A DNA stretch of 62,792 nucleotides, filler included. It is 4 parts of 4 records of this genome, joined end to end, with 100 filler letters (N's around TTAATTAATTAA, not from the genome) between each part and the next. Parts side by side here need not be neighbours in the genome. Positions count along the whole stretch, not along the records: positions 20,365 to 41,550 come from SRR20825006_2398; 3 more parts are not named here. One strand, given 5' to 3'. The first letter of the stretch is position 1. Every line of letters starts with the position of its first letter. Below, piece by piece: positions 20,265 to 30,587 of this stretch. The position numbers and the translations under genes were made by a program. The notes under the pieces were generated by a model, which did no database searches, was not told the origin of the DNA, and saw only the letters and a program-made list of their open reading frames with translations.

Positions 20265-20364
20265 NNNNNNNNNNNNNNNNNNNNNNNNNNNNNNNNNNNN
20301 NNNNNNNNTTAATTAATTAANNNNNNNNNNNNNNNNNNNNNNNNNNNNNNNNNNNNNNNNNNNN
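20265..20364. other. artificial contig-joining spacer
   Basis: 44 N + TTAATTAATTAA (stops in all six frames) + 44 N; abrupt switch from GC-rich to AT-rich sequence. Confidence 0.99.
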
Positions 20365-20368
20365 CAGA

Positions 20369-20392
20369 GCCTGTCCTGAGTTTATCGAAGGG
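20369..20392 (+). repeat. Bacteroidota-type REP half-site
   Basis: GCCTGTCCTGAGTTTATCGAAGGG, similar to TATCCTGAGCTTGTTGAAGG at about 34237; lies at the contig edge. Confidence 0.6.
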
Positions 20393-20579
20393 CTTTACGT
20401 CGAAATTGATTAAAGAATCATTATTTCAATAAACCTTCGCTTCTTACTTTTTGGAGGTGATTACTTCAGTTGTAATAAATCCCTCTACGAGAAGTTTCAG
20501 AAGTTAAAAATAAACATAAAATATCCGTGTGTAAAAAATGTAGTTAGGAATTATAAAGTTTCAACAGTTTTTACTTAAT

Positions 20580-20680
20580 AATCAAGATTTGATTCCGCTA
20601 AAGCCTGTCTATGTTTGATTAAATGGTCTGCATCGAAATGAGTCAAATATTTTTTCTTTGAATACCTCGAGGTAGTTAAT
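20580..20680 (+). repeat. dispersed intergenic repeat ending GAGGTAGTT, copy A
   Basis: AATCAAGATTTGA...TTTGAATACCTCGAGGTAGTT; related to copies at 23127 and 36665. Confidence 0.6.
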
Positions 20681-20849
20681 TGCTGCTTAAAATTTACTTC
20701 AGTAAAAAAAGTGAAGTTTTTGCACAATAAAACAGTTTTACAATATTAACATTTATTAACATCTATAGTTTCTTTTACAGGCGTAAATAAAAAAGAGACC
20801 GCTTGCGTAAGAGGTTTTAGGAATTAAAAATTAACAATAAACAAACCCA

Positions 20850-21926
20850 ATGATGAAAAATCTTAAAAAATTATCGCAAAGAGTATTAATGGCTTTTGCA
20901 GTTTTATTTGTAGCTGCAAGTTGTAGCGACGACGACAATAATGGTAGCGAGGTGCCTTCTTCGGATATGGCTAAAGTAACTGTTAAATTAGTAGATGCCC
21001 CTGGAGATTACGAGAAGGTAAATATTGACATTCAAGATGTTATGATTAACCGAACCGACGATGAAGAAGGTGGTTGGGAAACTATAGGAGAAATAAACGC
21101 TGGAGTTTATGACTTATTAGAGTTAACAGGAGGAGCAAGTGTTGTACTTGCAGATAACGAAATTCCTGCTGGAGAAGTAGAGCAAATTAGACTTGTTTTA
21201 GGAGATAATAATACGGTTGTAATTGATGGAGAGGAGTTCCCTTTAAAAACTCCAAGCGCACAACAATCTGGATTAAAAATAAAGCTTGAAGATACAGAAT
21301 TAGAAGGCGGTTATACGTATGAATTAATTCTTGACTTTGATGCAGATAAGTCGATTGTTAACGCTGGGAATTCAGATAATATTATTTTAAAACCTGTAAT
21401 TAATGCAAGTACAGTAGTTAATTCAGGGAGAATTATGGGAGCTGTTACCCCAGTAGATTTCCAGACATTGGCTTGGGTGGTTGCAGATCAAGATACTATT
21501 TCAACCTATACAAACGAGGAAGGACTTTTTGTTTTAAACGGAGTTCCTGCTGGAACGTATAACGTTATGCTAACTCCAGATGAGGCTTCTGGTTATGCCG
21601 AAGCAACAGTGGAAGAGGTAGCAGTAGAAAATGGAGAAGTTGCAGATATTGGAGCTATTGAATTAATGCAAATTTCTGGTGGAAGTATTTCAGGAACAGT
21701 TGTAAATGCCGATGCTACAGTTACAGCATCTATTGTGGTAGATGAAGAAATTGTTTCTGCTGATACAAATGCAGAAGGAGTGTTTACACTAGAAGGGGTT
21801 CCTGCTGGTACATATGTTTTAACACTAACACCAGCAGAAGGTTCTGCTTTTAACATTAAGGAGATTACAGCTGTAGAAGTTGTAGACGGAGAAGCTACTG
21901 CTTTAGGCGATATTACCTTAGAATAG
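20850..21926 (+). CDS. DUF4382 lipoprotein with carboxypeptidase-regulatory-like domains
   Basis: Lipobox AASC; VKLVDAPGDYEKVNIDI, LKTPSAQQSGLKI, LDFDADKSIV; two GxFxLxGVPAGTY domains. Confidence 0.9.
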   Translation: MMKNLKKLSQRVLMAFAVLFVAASCSDDDNNGSEVPSSDMAKVTVKLVDAPGDYEKVNIDIQDVMINRTDDEEGGWETIGEINAGVYDLLELTGGASVVLADNEIPAGEVEQIRLVLGDNNTVVIDGEEFPLKTPSAQQSGLKIKLEDTELEGGYTYELILDFDADKSIVNAGNSDNIILKPVINASTVVNSGRIMGAVTPVDFQTLAWVVADQDTISTYTNEEGLFVLNGVPAGTYNVMLTPDEASGYAEATVEEVAVENGEVADIGAIELMQISGGSISGTVVNADATVTASIVVDEEIVSADTNAEGVFTLEGVPAGTYVLTLTPAEGSAFNIKEITAVEVVDGEATALGDITLE

Positions 21927-21946
21927 TTAAAAATCCATAAAAATAT

Positions 21947-21986
21947 ATTAAGAGTAGTCTAATCTTTAGGCTACTCTTAATTTTTT
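21947..21986 (+). terminator. intrinsic terminator
   Basis: ATTAAGAGTAGTCTA/TAGGCTACTCTTAAT stem followed by a T-run. Confidence 0.8.
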
Positions 21987-22078
21987 AACCTATTGTTAAC
22001 AGCCACAGTCTAAATAAATTTTCAATTTGCGTCCTAATATAGATGGTGTTATATTGATGCCTCAAAAAATTAACATAA

Positions 22079-23080
22079 ATGGAGCAAAATACTACGTTGG
22101 ATATTAACGCTATTAACGAAAAAATTGAAAAAGAAAGTGCTTTTATCGATGTATTAACCTTGGAAATGAACAAGGTTATTGTTGGTCAAAAACACATGGT
22201 AGAAAGATTGTTGATTGGTCTTTTAGGTCAAGGACATATTTTATTAGAAGGAGTTCCTGGATTAGCAAAAACTTTAGCAATTAATACACTTGCAAAAGCA
22301 GTGCATGGAAGTTTTAGCAGGGTGCAATTTACTCCCGATTTATTACCTGCCGATGTGGTGGGAACACTTATTTACAATATGAAGGATAATGATTTTTCTA
22401 TTAAGAAAGGTCCAATTTTTGCAAACTTTGTATTGGCAGATGAGATTAACCGTGCACCAGCAAAAGTACAGTCTGCTCTGCTAGAGGCAATGCAAGAAAA
22501 GCAAGTTACTATTGGAGATGAGACTTTTATTTTAGACAAACCTTTTTTAGTAATGGCTACTCAAAACCCTGTGGAGCAAGAAGGAACTTACCCATTGCCA
22601 GAAGCACAGGTTGACCGTTTTATGCTGAAAACAGTTATTAATTACCCAAAATTAGACGAAGAGCAACTTATTATTCGTGCTAATTTAAAGGGAGAATTCA
22701 ATAAAGTAAATCAAGTAGTTTCTATAGACCAAATATTAAGAGCGCAAGCTTCGGTAAGAGAGGTTTATATGGATGAAAAAATTGAAAAATATATATTGGA
22801 TATCATCTTCGCAACACGTTATCCAGAGAAATATAATTTATCAGATTTAAAACCACTTATTAGTTTTGGAGCATCTCCAAGGGGAAGTATCAACTTGGCA
22901 ATGGCTGCAAAATGTTATGCATTTATTAAGCGTAGAGGGTATGTAATTCCAGAAGACGTAAGAGCCGTTGTACACGATGTACTCCGTCATAGAGTTGGAA
23001 TTACTTATGAAGCGGAAGCGGAAAGTATTACTTCTGAGGAAATTATTAACAAGATCGTAAACGAAATAGAGGTTCCATAG
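22079..23080 (+). CDS. moxR: MoxR family AAA+ ATPase
   Basis: LEGVPGLAKT, RVQFTPDLLPAD, LADEINRAPAKVQSALLEAM, ATQNPVEQEGTYPLPEAQ. Confidence 0.96.
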   Translation: MEQNTTLDINAINEKIEKESAFIDVLTLEMNKVIVGQKHMVERLLIGLLGQGHILLEGVPGLAKTLAINTLAKAVHGSFSRVQFTPDLLPADVVGTLIYNMKDNDFSIKKGPIFANFVLADEINRAPAKVQSALLEAMQEKQVTIGDETFILDKPFLVMATQNPVEQEGTYPLPEAQVDRFMLKTVINYPKLDEEQLIIRANLKGEFNKVNQVVSIDQILRAQASVREVYMDEKIEKYILDIIFATRYPEKYNLSDLKPLISFGASPRGSINLAMAAKCYAFIKRRGYVIPEDVRAVVHDVLRHRVGITYEAEAESITSEEIINKIVNEIEVP

Positions 23081-23126
23081 GATTTTTGGAATAGCTAATA
23101 ATGATTTGCAATGAATGATTGTTGCG

Positions 23127-23220
23127 AATTAAAGATTTCAAATCCCGACGCTCAGCGTCGAAATAAGTTAAATTTGTTTCGTTTAAATACTTCGTTGGCT
23201 TGCCTCGAGGTAGTTGATTT
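23127..23220 (+). repeat. dispersed intergenic repeat ending GAGGTAGTT, copy B
   Basis: AAAGATTTCAAATCCCGACGCTCAGCGTCG...AATACTTCGTTGGCTTGCCTCGAGGTAGTT. Confidence 0.6.
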
Positions 23221-23232
23221 TTAAATCGAAAA

Positions 23233-24099
23233 ATGGATACTAAAGAGCTACTAAAGAAGGTTAGGAAAATAGAGATTAAAACGCGTCGGTTGAGCGACCA
23301 TATTTTTGGAGGAGAATATCATTCTACTTTTAAAGGTCGTGGAATGACATTTAGCGAGGTGCGGAGTTATCAATTTGGAGATGACGTAAGAAATATCGAT
23401 TGGAATGTAACTGCGCGTTATAACGAGCCTTTTATTAAAGTTTTTGAAGAAGAACGAGAACTCACCATGATGCTTATGGTGGATGTTTCTGGGTCGGAAC
23501 TTTTTGGAACTACAGATCAATTCAAAAAAGATATCATTACAGAAATTTCGGCCACCTTGGCATTTTCTGCTATGCAGAATAACGATAAGATTGGATTGAT
23601 ATTATTCTCAGACCAAATAGAATTATACATTCCTCCAAAAAAAGAAAGGTTTCATGTGTTGAGAATTATTAGAGAGTTGATAGAATTTCAGCCAAAAAAT
23701 AAAAACACAGATATCAATGGAGCGCTTAAATTCATGTCGAGTGTTAGTAAGAAAAAAGTAATTGCTTTTGTACTGTCCGATTTTATGTCAGATAAATATG
23801 AGCATGCACTTAAAATAGCCGCCAATAAACACGATATTACAGGAATTAGAATTTACGACGAAAAAGAAGAAAGCATTCCTAATATTGGTTTTGTACAAAT
23901 GGAAGATGCCGAAACTGGCGAGCTTATGTTGGTAAATACAAAATCTAAAACTGTTAGAAATCAATATGCCAAATATTATTTAGATCGTGTAAATTATTAC
24001 CAAACGGTATTTACAAAAAGTGGAGCAGGCGTAATTAGTAGTCGGATTGATGAGAGTTATGTAAAAAAATTATTAGGATATTTTAAACGAAGAGGATAA
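23233..24099 (+). CDS. DUF58 domain protein (bat locus)
   Basis: FKGRGMTFSEVRSYQFGDDVRNIDWNVTAR; follows moxR. Confidence 0.93.
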   Translation: MDTKELLKKVRKIEIKTRRLSDHIFGGEYHSTFKGRGMTFSEVRSYQFGDDVRNIDWNVTARYNEPFIKVFEEERELTMMLMVDVSGSELFGTTDQFKKDIITEISATLAFSAMQNNDKIGLILFSDQIELYIPPKKERFHVLRIIRELIEFQPKNKNTDINGALKFMSSVSKKKVIAFVLSDFMSDKYEHALKIAANKHDITGIRIYDEKEESIPNIGFVQMEDAETGELMLVNTKSKTVRNQYAKYYLDRVNYYQTVFTKSGAGVISSRIDESYVKKLLGYFKRRG

Positions 24100-24131
24100 G
24101 CCAAATCTTACTATCAGGAAATTTGAAAAAA

Positions 24132-25793
24132 ATGATTAATTTAATATTTAAGAATACGTTTAATAGGTTGCTTAACAAAAAGTCGAGCATTTTGTTGCTT
24201 GTGTTCTATTGCCTATCCTGTATTGCTTTTGCACAGTCTACCCCTCAGGTAAAATCTTCGGTAGATTCTACTTCTATAAAAATTGGAGAGCAAATTCATT
24301 TTACTTTTGAAGTTGAAGCAGATACAACTTCGCAGGTAATTTTTCCAGAAGGACAGACTTTTATGCCGCTAGAAGTAGTAGAAGCTTTGCCTACAGATAC
24401 GCTAATCAATCAAGATAAATTCAACTTAATAAAAAAATATGCATTAACGCAATTTGATTCTGGGACCTATACCCTACCGCGTCAACAGGTAATGATTAAC
24501 AATAAGCCTTATTTTACAGATTCTTTAAAGATTGAAGTAAATACAGTTGTGGTAGATACTACTAAGCAAAAAATGTACGACATTAAAGGCTTGGCACAGG
24601 TAGAAAAACCATTTGGCGATTGGTGGAAATGGGTGTTAGGAGGACTTGTTATTGCTGCTATTGTAGGAGGCTTATTATATTGGTTTGTTTTCAGAAAAAA
24701 ACCATTAACACAAGAAGAAAAAATAGCATTGCTTCCGCCATACGATCGTGCCATTGCTGAATTAAAAAAACTAGACGAATCAAAATATCTAATTCAGTCT
24801 GAATACAAAGAATACTATTCTGAATTGACAAATATTGTACGTTCTTATTTAGAAGAAGATGTACATATTTCGGCTTTAGAAAGCACCACCGACGAATTAA
24901 TTACCAAAATGGAAATGCTTAGAGATGCTGGAAGTTTAAAAATAGATAACGATACTATTAGTCAGTTTAAAAATGTACTTCAAACAGCCGATTTAGTAAA
25001 ATTTGCAAAAAACACTCCAGAAAATTCTGCTATTGATCGCGATAGAAAATCAATAGAACAAATAGTTGTTAAAACTAAAGAAGCGCTTCCAGAACCAACA
25101 GAGGAAGAGCTAATGGAGCAAGAAGAGTATGTAGCCAATTTTAAACGTAAAAAGAAGCAACAGCAAATTAAATATGCAATTGCGGCTGGAATTGGAGTTT
25201 TAATTATTGTGGCTGGAATTTTTACCTACAAATATGGCTTTAGCAATGTAAAAGATTCTGTTTTTGGTCACCCAACAAAATCTTTATTAGAGGAGCAATG
25301 GGTAGGAAGTTCTTATGGATTTCCAGCTATTTATTTAGAAACTCCAAAAGTGCTTAAACGAAATAATAAAATCCCGAAAAGTATAGAAGGCGCTGGAACA
25401 AATAGTTATCAGGTCTTTGAATATGGAGGCTTGCAAAGTAATTTTTATATTCAAGCTACCATTTCTACTTATAAAAAGGAAGCCGATTTTGATGCTAAAA
25501 AAGCAATAGATGCTGCTTTGGCAAAAGTGGAAGAAGCGGGAGCTAAAAATATGGTTGTAAAACAAGATGAGGTAGTTACACCAACAGGAAAGAAAGGGAA
25601 TAAAGTATTTGGAACACTGGAAATAGACAGCCCAGAAAGTAAAAAAACTAGAGAAGCAGCGTATGTTATTCTCAGTTTTGTGCAAAATGGAGGGTTTCAG
25701 CAGCTAATTATGGTGTATCCTAAAGATGATCTTTATGCAGAACAGATTGTTGAGAAAATTACCAATTCTATAGATTTTAAAACAGAAAGCTAA
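24132..25793 (+). CDS. bat-locus membrane protein (BatD-like N-terminus)
   Basis: Signal peptide, IKIGEQI, TM segments, ALESTTDE/ADLVKFAK; position between DUF58 and batA. Confidence 0.8.
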   Translation: MINLIFKNTFNRLLNKKSSILLLVFYCLSCIAFAQSTPQVKSSVDSTSIKIGEQIHFTFEVEADTTSQVIFPEGQTFMPLEVVEALPTDTLINQDKFNLIKKYALTQFDSGTYTLPRQQVMINNKPYFTDSLKIEVNTVVVDTTKQKMYDIKGLAQVEKPFGDWWKWVLGGLVIAAIVGGLLYWFVFRKKPLTQEEKIALLPPYDRAIAELKKLDESKYLIQSEYKEYYSELTNIVRSYLEEDVHISALESTTDELITKMEMLRDAGSLKIDNDTISQFKNVLQTADLVKFAKNTPENSAIDRDRKSIEQIVVKTKEALPEPTEEELMEQEEYVANFKRKKKQQQIKYAIAAGIGVLIIVAGIFTYKYGFSNVKDSVFGHPTKSLLEEQWVGSSYGFPAIYLETPKVLKRNNKIPKSIEGAGTNSYQVFEYGGLQSNFYIQATISTYKKEADFDAKKAIDAALAKVEEAGAKNMVVKQDEVVTPTGKKGNKVFGTLEIDSPESKKTREAAYVILSFVQNGGFQQLIMVYPKDDLYAEQIVEKITNSIDFKTES

Positions 25794-25795
25794 TT

Positions 25796-26797
25796 ATGTT
25801 TGAAAATATACAATTTGCAAATCCACAATTTTTCTGGTTGTTTTTAATACTTCCAGTGGCTATTGTTTGGTATTTTTTTAAACGAAAAAAAGAAACAGCT
25901 TCTTTAAAAATATCGAGTATAAAAGGCTTTAAAGGAGCGCCTTCAATGCTGGCTAAATTAAAACCTTTGTTATTTGTTTTAAGATTATTGGCGTTATCAG
26001 CATTGATTGTTGCAATGGCAAGACCACAAAAAGAAGATATTTCAACACGTACTAAAACTACACGAGGAATAGATATTGTAATGGCAATTGATGTTTCTTC
26101 AAGTATGTTAGCACGAGATTTAAAACCAAACAGACTAACTGCCTTAAAAAAAGTAGCTGCGGACTTTATAAAAGAACGTGTTAACGACCGTATTGGGCTG
26201 GTGGTTTATGCAGCAGAAAGTTTTACTAAAACCCCTATTACAAGTGATAAAGCTATTGTGCTACGCTCTTTAAACGATATTAAATACGGACAATTAGAGG
26301 ATGGAACAGCAATAGGAATGGGATTAGCTACTTCTGTAAATAGATTAAAAGATAGCAAGGCTAAAAGCAAAGTAATTATCTTACTAACCGATGGAGTGAA
26401 TAACTCTGGATTTATAGAGCCGCAAACTGCTGCAAGTTTGGCAATTGAGTATGGAATAAAAACCTATACCATTGGCTTGGGAAGTAATGGGATGGCGTTG
26501 TCTCCAATTGCATACAATCCTGATGGAAGTTTTAGATATGGAATGAGTAAGGTAGAAATTGACGAAGCTTTGCTTAAAGATATTGCAGAAAAAACTGGAG
26601 GGGTTTATTTTAGAGCTACCGATAATGAAAAGCTATCGGAGATTTACGAAGAGATTAATAAATTAGAAAAAACCGATATTGAAGAGTTTAAATATTACAA
26701 TTATGAAGAGGAGTTTAGAATGTTTGCACTTTTAGCATGCGGACTCTTAATGTTGGAATATTTATTGAGATATACTGTTTTTAGAAGTTTTGTATAA
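25796..26797 (+). CDS. batA: vWA domain protein BatA
   Basis: N-terminal FANPxxFWL TM, DVSSSM MIDAS, DGTAIGMGL, LLTDGVNNSG. Confidence 0.93.
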   Translation: MFENIQFANPQFFWLFLILPVAIVWYFFKRKKETASLKISSIKGFKGAPSMLAKLKPLLFVLRLLALSALIVAMARPQKEDISTRTKTTRGIDIVMAIDVSSSMLARDLKPNRLTALKKVAADFIKERVNDRIGLVVYAAESFTKTPITSDKAIVLRSLNDIKYGQLEDGTAIGMGLATSVNRLKDSKAKSKVIILLTDGVNNSGFIEPQTAASLAIEYGIKTYTIGLGSNGMALSPIAYNPDGSFRYGMSKVEIDEALLKDIAEKTGGVYFRATDNEKLSEIYEEINKLEKTDIEEFKYYNYEEEFRMFALLACGLLMLEYLLRYTVFRSFV

Positions 26798-26800
26798 GTT

Positions 26801-27856
26801 ATGGATATATATCAGTTAGACGAAAAAATATATTTCTACGTACTGGTTTTAATTCCAGTATTGTTATTGCTCTTTTTAGGGTTTAAGTTTTGGCAAAAAA
26901 GAACTCAGAAAAAGTTTGCCAATGCGTTATCATTAGAAAGATTAAGTCCAAACAAATCAACGTTTAAATCGTTGCTAAAGTTGGTGTTTATTATGCTAGC
27001 AATTGCATGTTTGGCAATTGCTTTGGTAAATCCTAAAATTGGCACAAAGCTTGAAACAGTTAAAAGGGAAGGGGTAGATATTGTTTTTGCTATTGATGTT
27101 TCAAAAAGTATGGAGGCAGAAGATATTGCTCCCAACAGATTGGAAAAAGCAAAGCGAATAGTTTCTGAGATTATAAATAATTTGGCGAGCGATCGGATAG
27201 GGATTATTGCATATGCGGGACAGGCGTATCCGCAGTTGCCAATTACAACAGATTATGCGGCAGGGAAAATGTTTTTACAGAGCATGAATACAGATATGAT
27301 GTCGTCTCAAGGAACAGCCATAAATGAGGCTATTGATTTGGCAACTACGTATTATGACGATCAAGATCAGACAAATAGGGTCTTGTTTTTAATTTCCGAT
27401 GGAGAAGATCATTCGGATATGGCATTAGAGTCTGTAGAAAAAGCTGAAAAAGCAGGGATAAAAATTTTTACCATTGGTGTAGGAACCAAAAAAGGAGGTC
27501 CGATACCTATCAGAATAAATGGAATTATAGATTCTTATAAAAAAGACCAGCAGGGAGAGGTTGTAATTACACAGCTTAATGAAACTGTTTTAAGAGAAAT
27601 AGCTTCGGAAGGAGATGGGGAATATATTAACGGATCAAATACCGAATCTGTAATTGATTTTGTAACGGATACGTTAACAAAAATGGATAAAACTGAATTT
27701 GAATCCAAGCAATATGCCGATTTTAAAGATCAGTTTCAGTGGTTTATTGCAGCTGCAATTTTGTTCTTGTTTCTAGATATTTTCTTATTGGAAAGAAAAA
27801 CAGTTTGGATTCAGAAGTTAAACTTGTTTAATGAAACGAAGAAAGATGAAAAGTAA
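26801..27856 (+). CDS. batB: vWA domain protein BatB
   Basis: DVSKSM, PNRLEKAK, QLPITTDY, ISDGEDH; follows batA. Confidence 0.92.
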   Translation: MDIYQLDEKIYFYVLVLIPVLLLLFLGFKFWQKRTQKKFANALSLERLSPNKSTFKSLLKLVFIMLAIACLAIALVNPKIGTKLETVKREGVDIVFAIDVSKSMEAEDIAPNRLEKAKRIVSEIINNLASDRIGIIAYAGQAYPQLPITTDYAAGKMFLQSMNTDMMSSQGTAINEAIDLATTYYDDQDQTNRVLFLISDGEDHSDMALESVEKAEKAGIKIFTIGVGTKKGGPIPIRINGIIDSYKKDQQGEVVITQLNETVLREIASEGDGEYINGSNTESVIDFVTDTLTKMDKTEFESKQYADFKDQFQWFIAAAILFLFLDIFLLERKTVWIQKLNLFNETKKDEK

Positions 27857-28796
27857 CACAAAAATTATCAGCATAAAAGAGATTTCTGTTAGCGGAAAAA
27901 TGATTTTTTTAGCTATTTTGGGACTTTTTTCATTTTCAGTAGTAAAAGCACAAGACACAGAATCGATAGAAAAGGCTAAGCAAAAAGCTTTAAATGAATC
28001 TGTTGAGTATACTTATAAAGGAAATGAAGTGCTTGAAGAGAGTTCTGATGCTATTGCAGCAGAAATGGAGTATAGAAAAGCAGTTTCTAAAAGTTCGGAC
28101 AATGCAAAAGCAAAGTACAACTTAGGAAATGTGTATTATAAGCAAGAAAGTATGGGAGAGGCCTTTATGCGTTATAAAGAGGCTGGAACTACTGCAAAAA
28201 CTAAAGAAGAAAAGCATAGTGCATACCATAATTTAGGGAATGTATTTATGAAAAATAAAGAATATCAAAAGGCGGTAGAGGCTTATAAAGAAGCGTTGAG
28301 AAATGATCCAGCGGATGAAGAAACTCGCTATAACTTAGCATTGGCAAAAGAAATGCTAAAGAAACAGCAAGACGAAAATAAGAATAATCAGGATCAAAAT
28401 AAAGACGATAAGCAAGACGAGAATAAAGATAACCAAGATCAGAATCAGGATAATAAAGACAATCAGGATAAGAAAGATGGGGATGAGGGAGATGAAAAAA
28501 AAGACGATCAAGGGAAGGAAGATGATAAAAATAATGAAGGCGACAATAAGGACGAGCAAGGCGAGAATCCTGAAGATCAAAAACAAGACGAAGGAAAGAA
28601 CGATAAGCAAGATCAAAAGCAGAATCCTGGAGATAAGCCTCAAGAGCAACAGCAACAACCTCGTCCTAATCAATTATCACCTCAGCAGGTAAAAAATATT
28701 TTGGAGGCGATGAACAACGAAGAAAAGAAAGTTCAAGAAAAAATAAATGCTGAAAAAGTAAAAGGAGCACCAGTAAAATCTGAAAAAGATTGGTAA
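27846..28796 (+). CDS. batC: TPR protein BatC
   Basis: YNLGN TPRs, ALRNDPADEETRYNLALA, D/Q/K low-complexity tract, C-terminal EKDW. Confidence 0.9.
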   Translation: MKSNTKIISIKEISVSGKMIFLAILGLFSFSVVKAQDTESIEKAKQKALNESVEYTYKGNEVLEESSDAIAAEMEYRKAVSKSSDNAKAKYNLGNVYYKQESMGEAFMRYKEAGTTAKTKEEKHSAYHNLGNVFMKNKEYQKAVEAYKEALRNDPADEETRYNLALAKEMLKKQQDENKNNQDQNKDDKQDENKDNQDQNQDNKDNQDKKDGDEGDEKKDDQGKEDDKNNEGDNKDEQGENPEDQKQDEGKNDKQDQKQNPGDKPQEQQQQPRPNQLSPQQVKNILEAMNNEEKKVQEKINAEKVKGAPVKSEKDW

Positions 28797-28799
28797 AAA

Positions 28800-30587
28800 A
28801 TGAAAATTAAATTTTTAATACTTACTTTTTTTATATGTTTCTCGGGAGTTTTATTCTCTCAAGAGGAAGAAGTGCAGTTTGAGGCCAATGCTAGTAAGAA
28901 AAAACTTGGCGTAAATGAGCGCTTACGTGTAGAATTTAGCATGAATAAGGATGGCGATAATTTTGTGCCACCTTCTTTTGAAGGTTTTAGAGTTTTAATG
29001 GGACCAAATCAATCTGTTAGTCATTCTTGGGTAAATGGAAAACGTTCTTTTTCAAAATCGTATTCTTACGTTTTAACACCTTTGTCTAAAGGGAATTTTA
29101 CAATTCAGCAGGCTAAAGTTGAAATAGAAGGAAATACGTATAAAACAACGCCTATAAAAATAGAGGTAACCGAAGCGGTTAACGACCCGAATGCGCCGCC
29201 TTCTGCCGATGATATTGCAGATGATAATTTGCATTTAGTAGCTGAGGTATCTAATGGGAGTCCGTATTTAAATGAGGCAGTAAGTGTGGTTTACAAATTG
29301 TATGTGAGTCCAAGCATTAATGTTTCTAATTTTCTTCCGAAGGCAAATCCAACGTATAATAATTTTTGGTCTCAAGATATAAAAGTTACCAGATTTCAGG
29401 TAGAGAATGGTTTGTACGAAGGAAAACAATACCGTTATGTGGTTTTAAAACGTGTGGTATTATATCCTCAAAAAACGGGCTCTTTAGAAATTGAACCGCT
29501 CTCATTGGATGTAACTGTAGATGTTCCAACTAATAGGAGAGATGTTTTTGGCGGAAGATTGTTTACGCAAACTAATAAAACAGTTACTGCTGGGCAACGT
29601 ATTATTAAAGTAAAACCACTTCCAGAGGCTGGAAAACCAGCAGGATTTACAGGTGCTGTTGGACAATTTGATTTTGATGTAATTACTTCAAAATCCGATT
29701 TAAAAGCGAACGAATCTTTAACTGCTAAAATTCAGGTAACTGGAAAAGGAAACTTAAAACTTTTTAACTTGCCAAAGCTTACGCTTCCAAGTTCGTTGGA
29801 GGTTTATGAGCCTGAACATGAAGAAAATGTTTCTACGAATTTATCTGGAATGAGCGGAAAAATTTCCGACAATTATACTATTGTTCCGCAATTCAAAGGG
29901 AAGTATCCTATTCCTGGCGTAGCATTCTCTTATTTTGATCCTAAAGAAGAGAAATACAAAACAGTTACTTCACAACAATCCCTAGTAAATGTTTATGAAG
30001 GACCGTCCAGTGCTGCGGTAGCAAATGAAGCGACCAGAGATAGTGATGCTATCAATAAGCAACCTATAGCTACCTTGGGCGACCAATTTAGATTTATAAA
30101 ATTAGACACCAATTTATATGCTAAAGAAGCTTCTGTTTTCTTCGGTTCTATTTTGTATTATATATTGCTACTAGTTCCTTTACTTTTAATTCCTATTGCT
30201 ATTTTAATAGGGAAGAAAAGAGCAGCTATGGCTGGAGATGTAGTTGGAAATAGAGTTAGAAAGGCTAATAAGTTGGCTAAGAAATATTTATCAGAAGCAA
30301 AAAGAAATCTTGGTAATAAAGAGGCATTCTACGAATCTTTAGAAAGAGCGCTACATAATTACTTACGAGCAAAATTGAAGTTGGTAACGTCTGAATTTAG
30401 TAAAGAAAAAATAAGCGAATTACTACTTTCTAAAAATGTAGAAAAGCAGGGGGTAGATAATTTTATAGCATTACTAAAAAGTTGTGAATTGGCAAGGTAT
30501 TCTCCAAGTACAACAGCAGAAATGCAAAGCGATTACAATAAAGCAGCCGAAGTTATTTCGTTAATCGATAAACAGTTTAAATCATGA
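28800..30587 (+). CDS. batD: BatD family protein
   Basis: LYPQKTG, FTGAVGQF, GKGNLKL, FSYFDP, C-terminal TM and CELARYSP. Confidence 0.92.
   Translation: MKIKFLILTFFICFSGVLFSQEEEVQFEANASKKKLGVNERLRVEFSMNKDGDNFVPPSFEGFRVLMGPNQSVSHSWVNGKRSFSKSYSYVLTPLSKGNFTIQQAKVEIEGNTYKTTPIKIEVTEAVNDPNAPPSADDIADDNLHLVAEVSNGSPYLNEAVSVVYKLYVSPSINVSNFLPKANPTYNNFWSQDIKVTRFQVENGLYEGKQYRYVVLKRVVLYPQKTGSLEIEPLSLDVTVDVPTNRRDVFGGRLFTQTNKTVTAGQRIIKVKPLPEAGKPAGFTGAVGQFDFDVITSKSDLKANESLTAKIQVTGKGNLKLFNLPKLTLPSSLEVYEPEHEENVSTNLSGMSGKISDNYTIVPQFKGKYPIPGVAFSYFDPKEEKYKTVTSQQSLVNVYEGPSSAAVANEATRDSDAINKQPIATLGDQFRFIKLDTNLYAKEASVFFGSILYYILLLVPLLLIPIAILIGKKRAAMAGDVVGNRVRKANKLAKKYLSEAKRNLGNKEAFYESLERALHNYLRAKLKLVTSEFSKEKISELLLSKNVEKQGVDNFIALLKSCELARYSPSTTAEMQSDYNKAAEVISLIDKQFKS

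Noticed and set aside
20309-20320. TTAATTAATTAA motif seen three times
   Set aside because: Synthetic six-frame stop linker inside the N spacers
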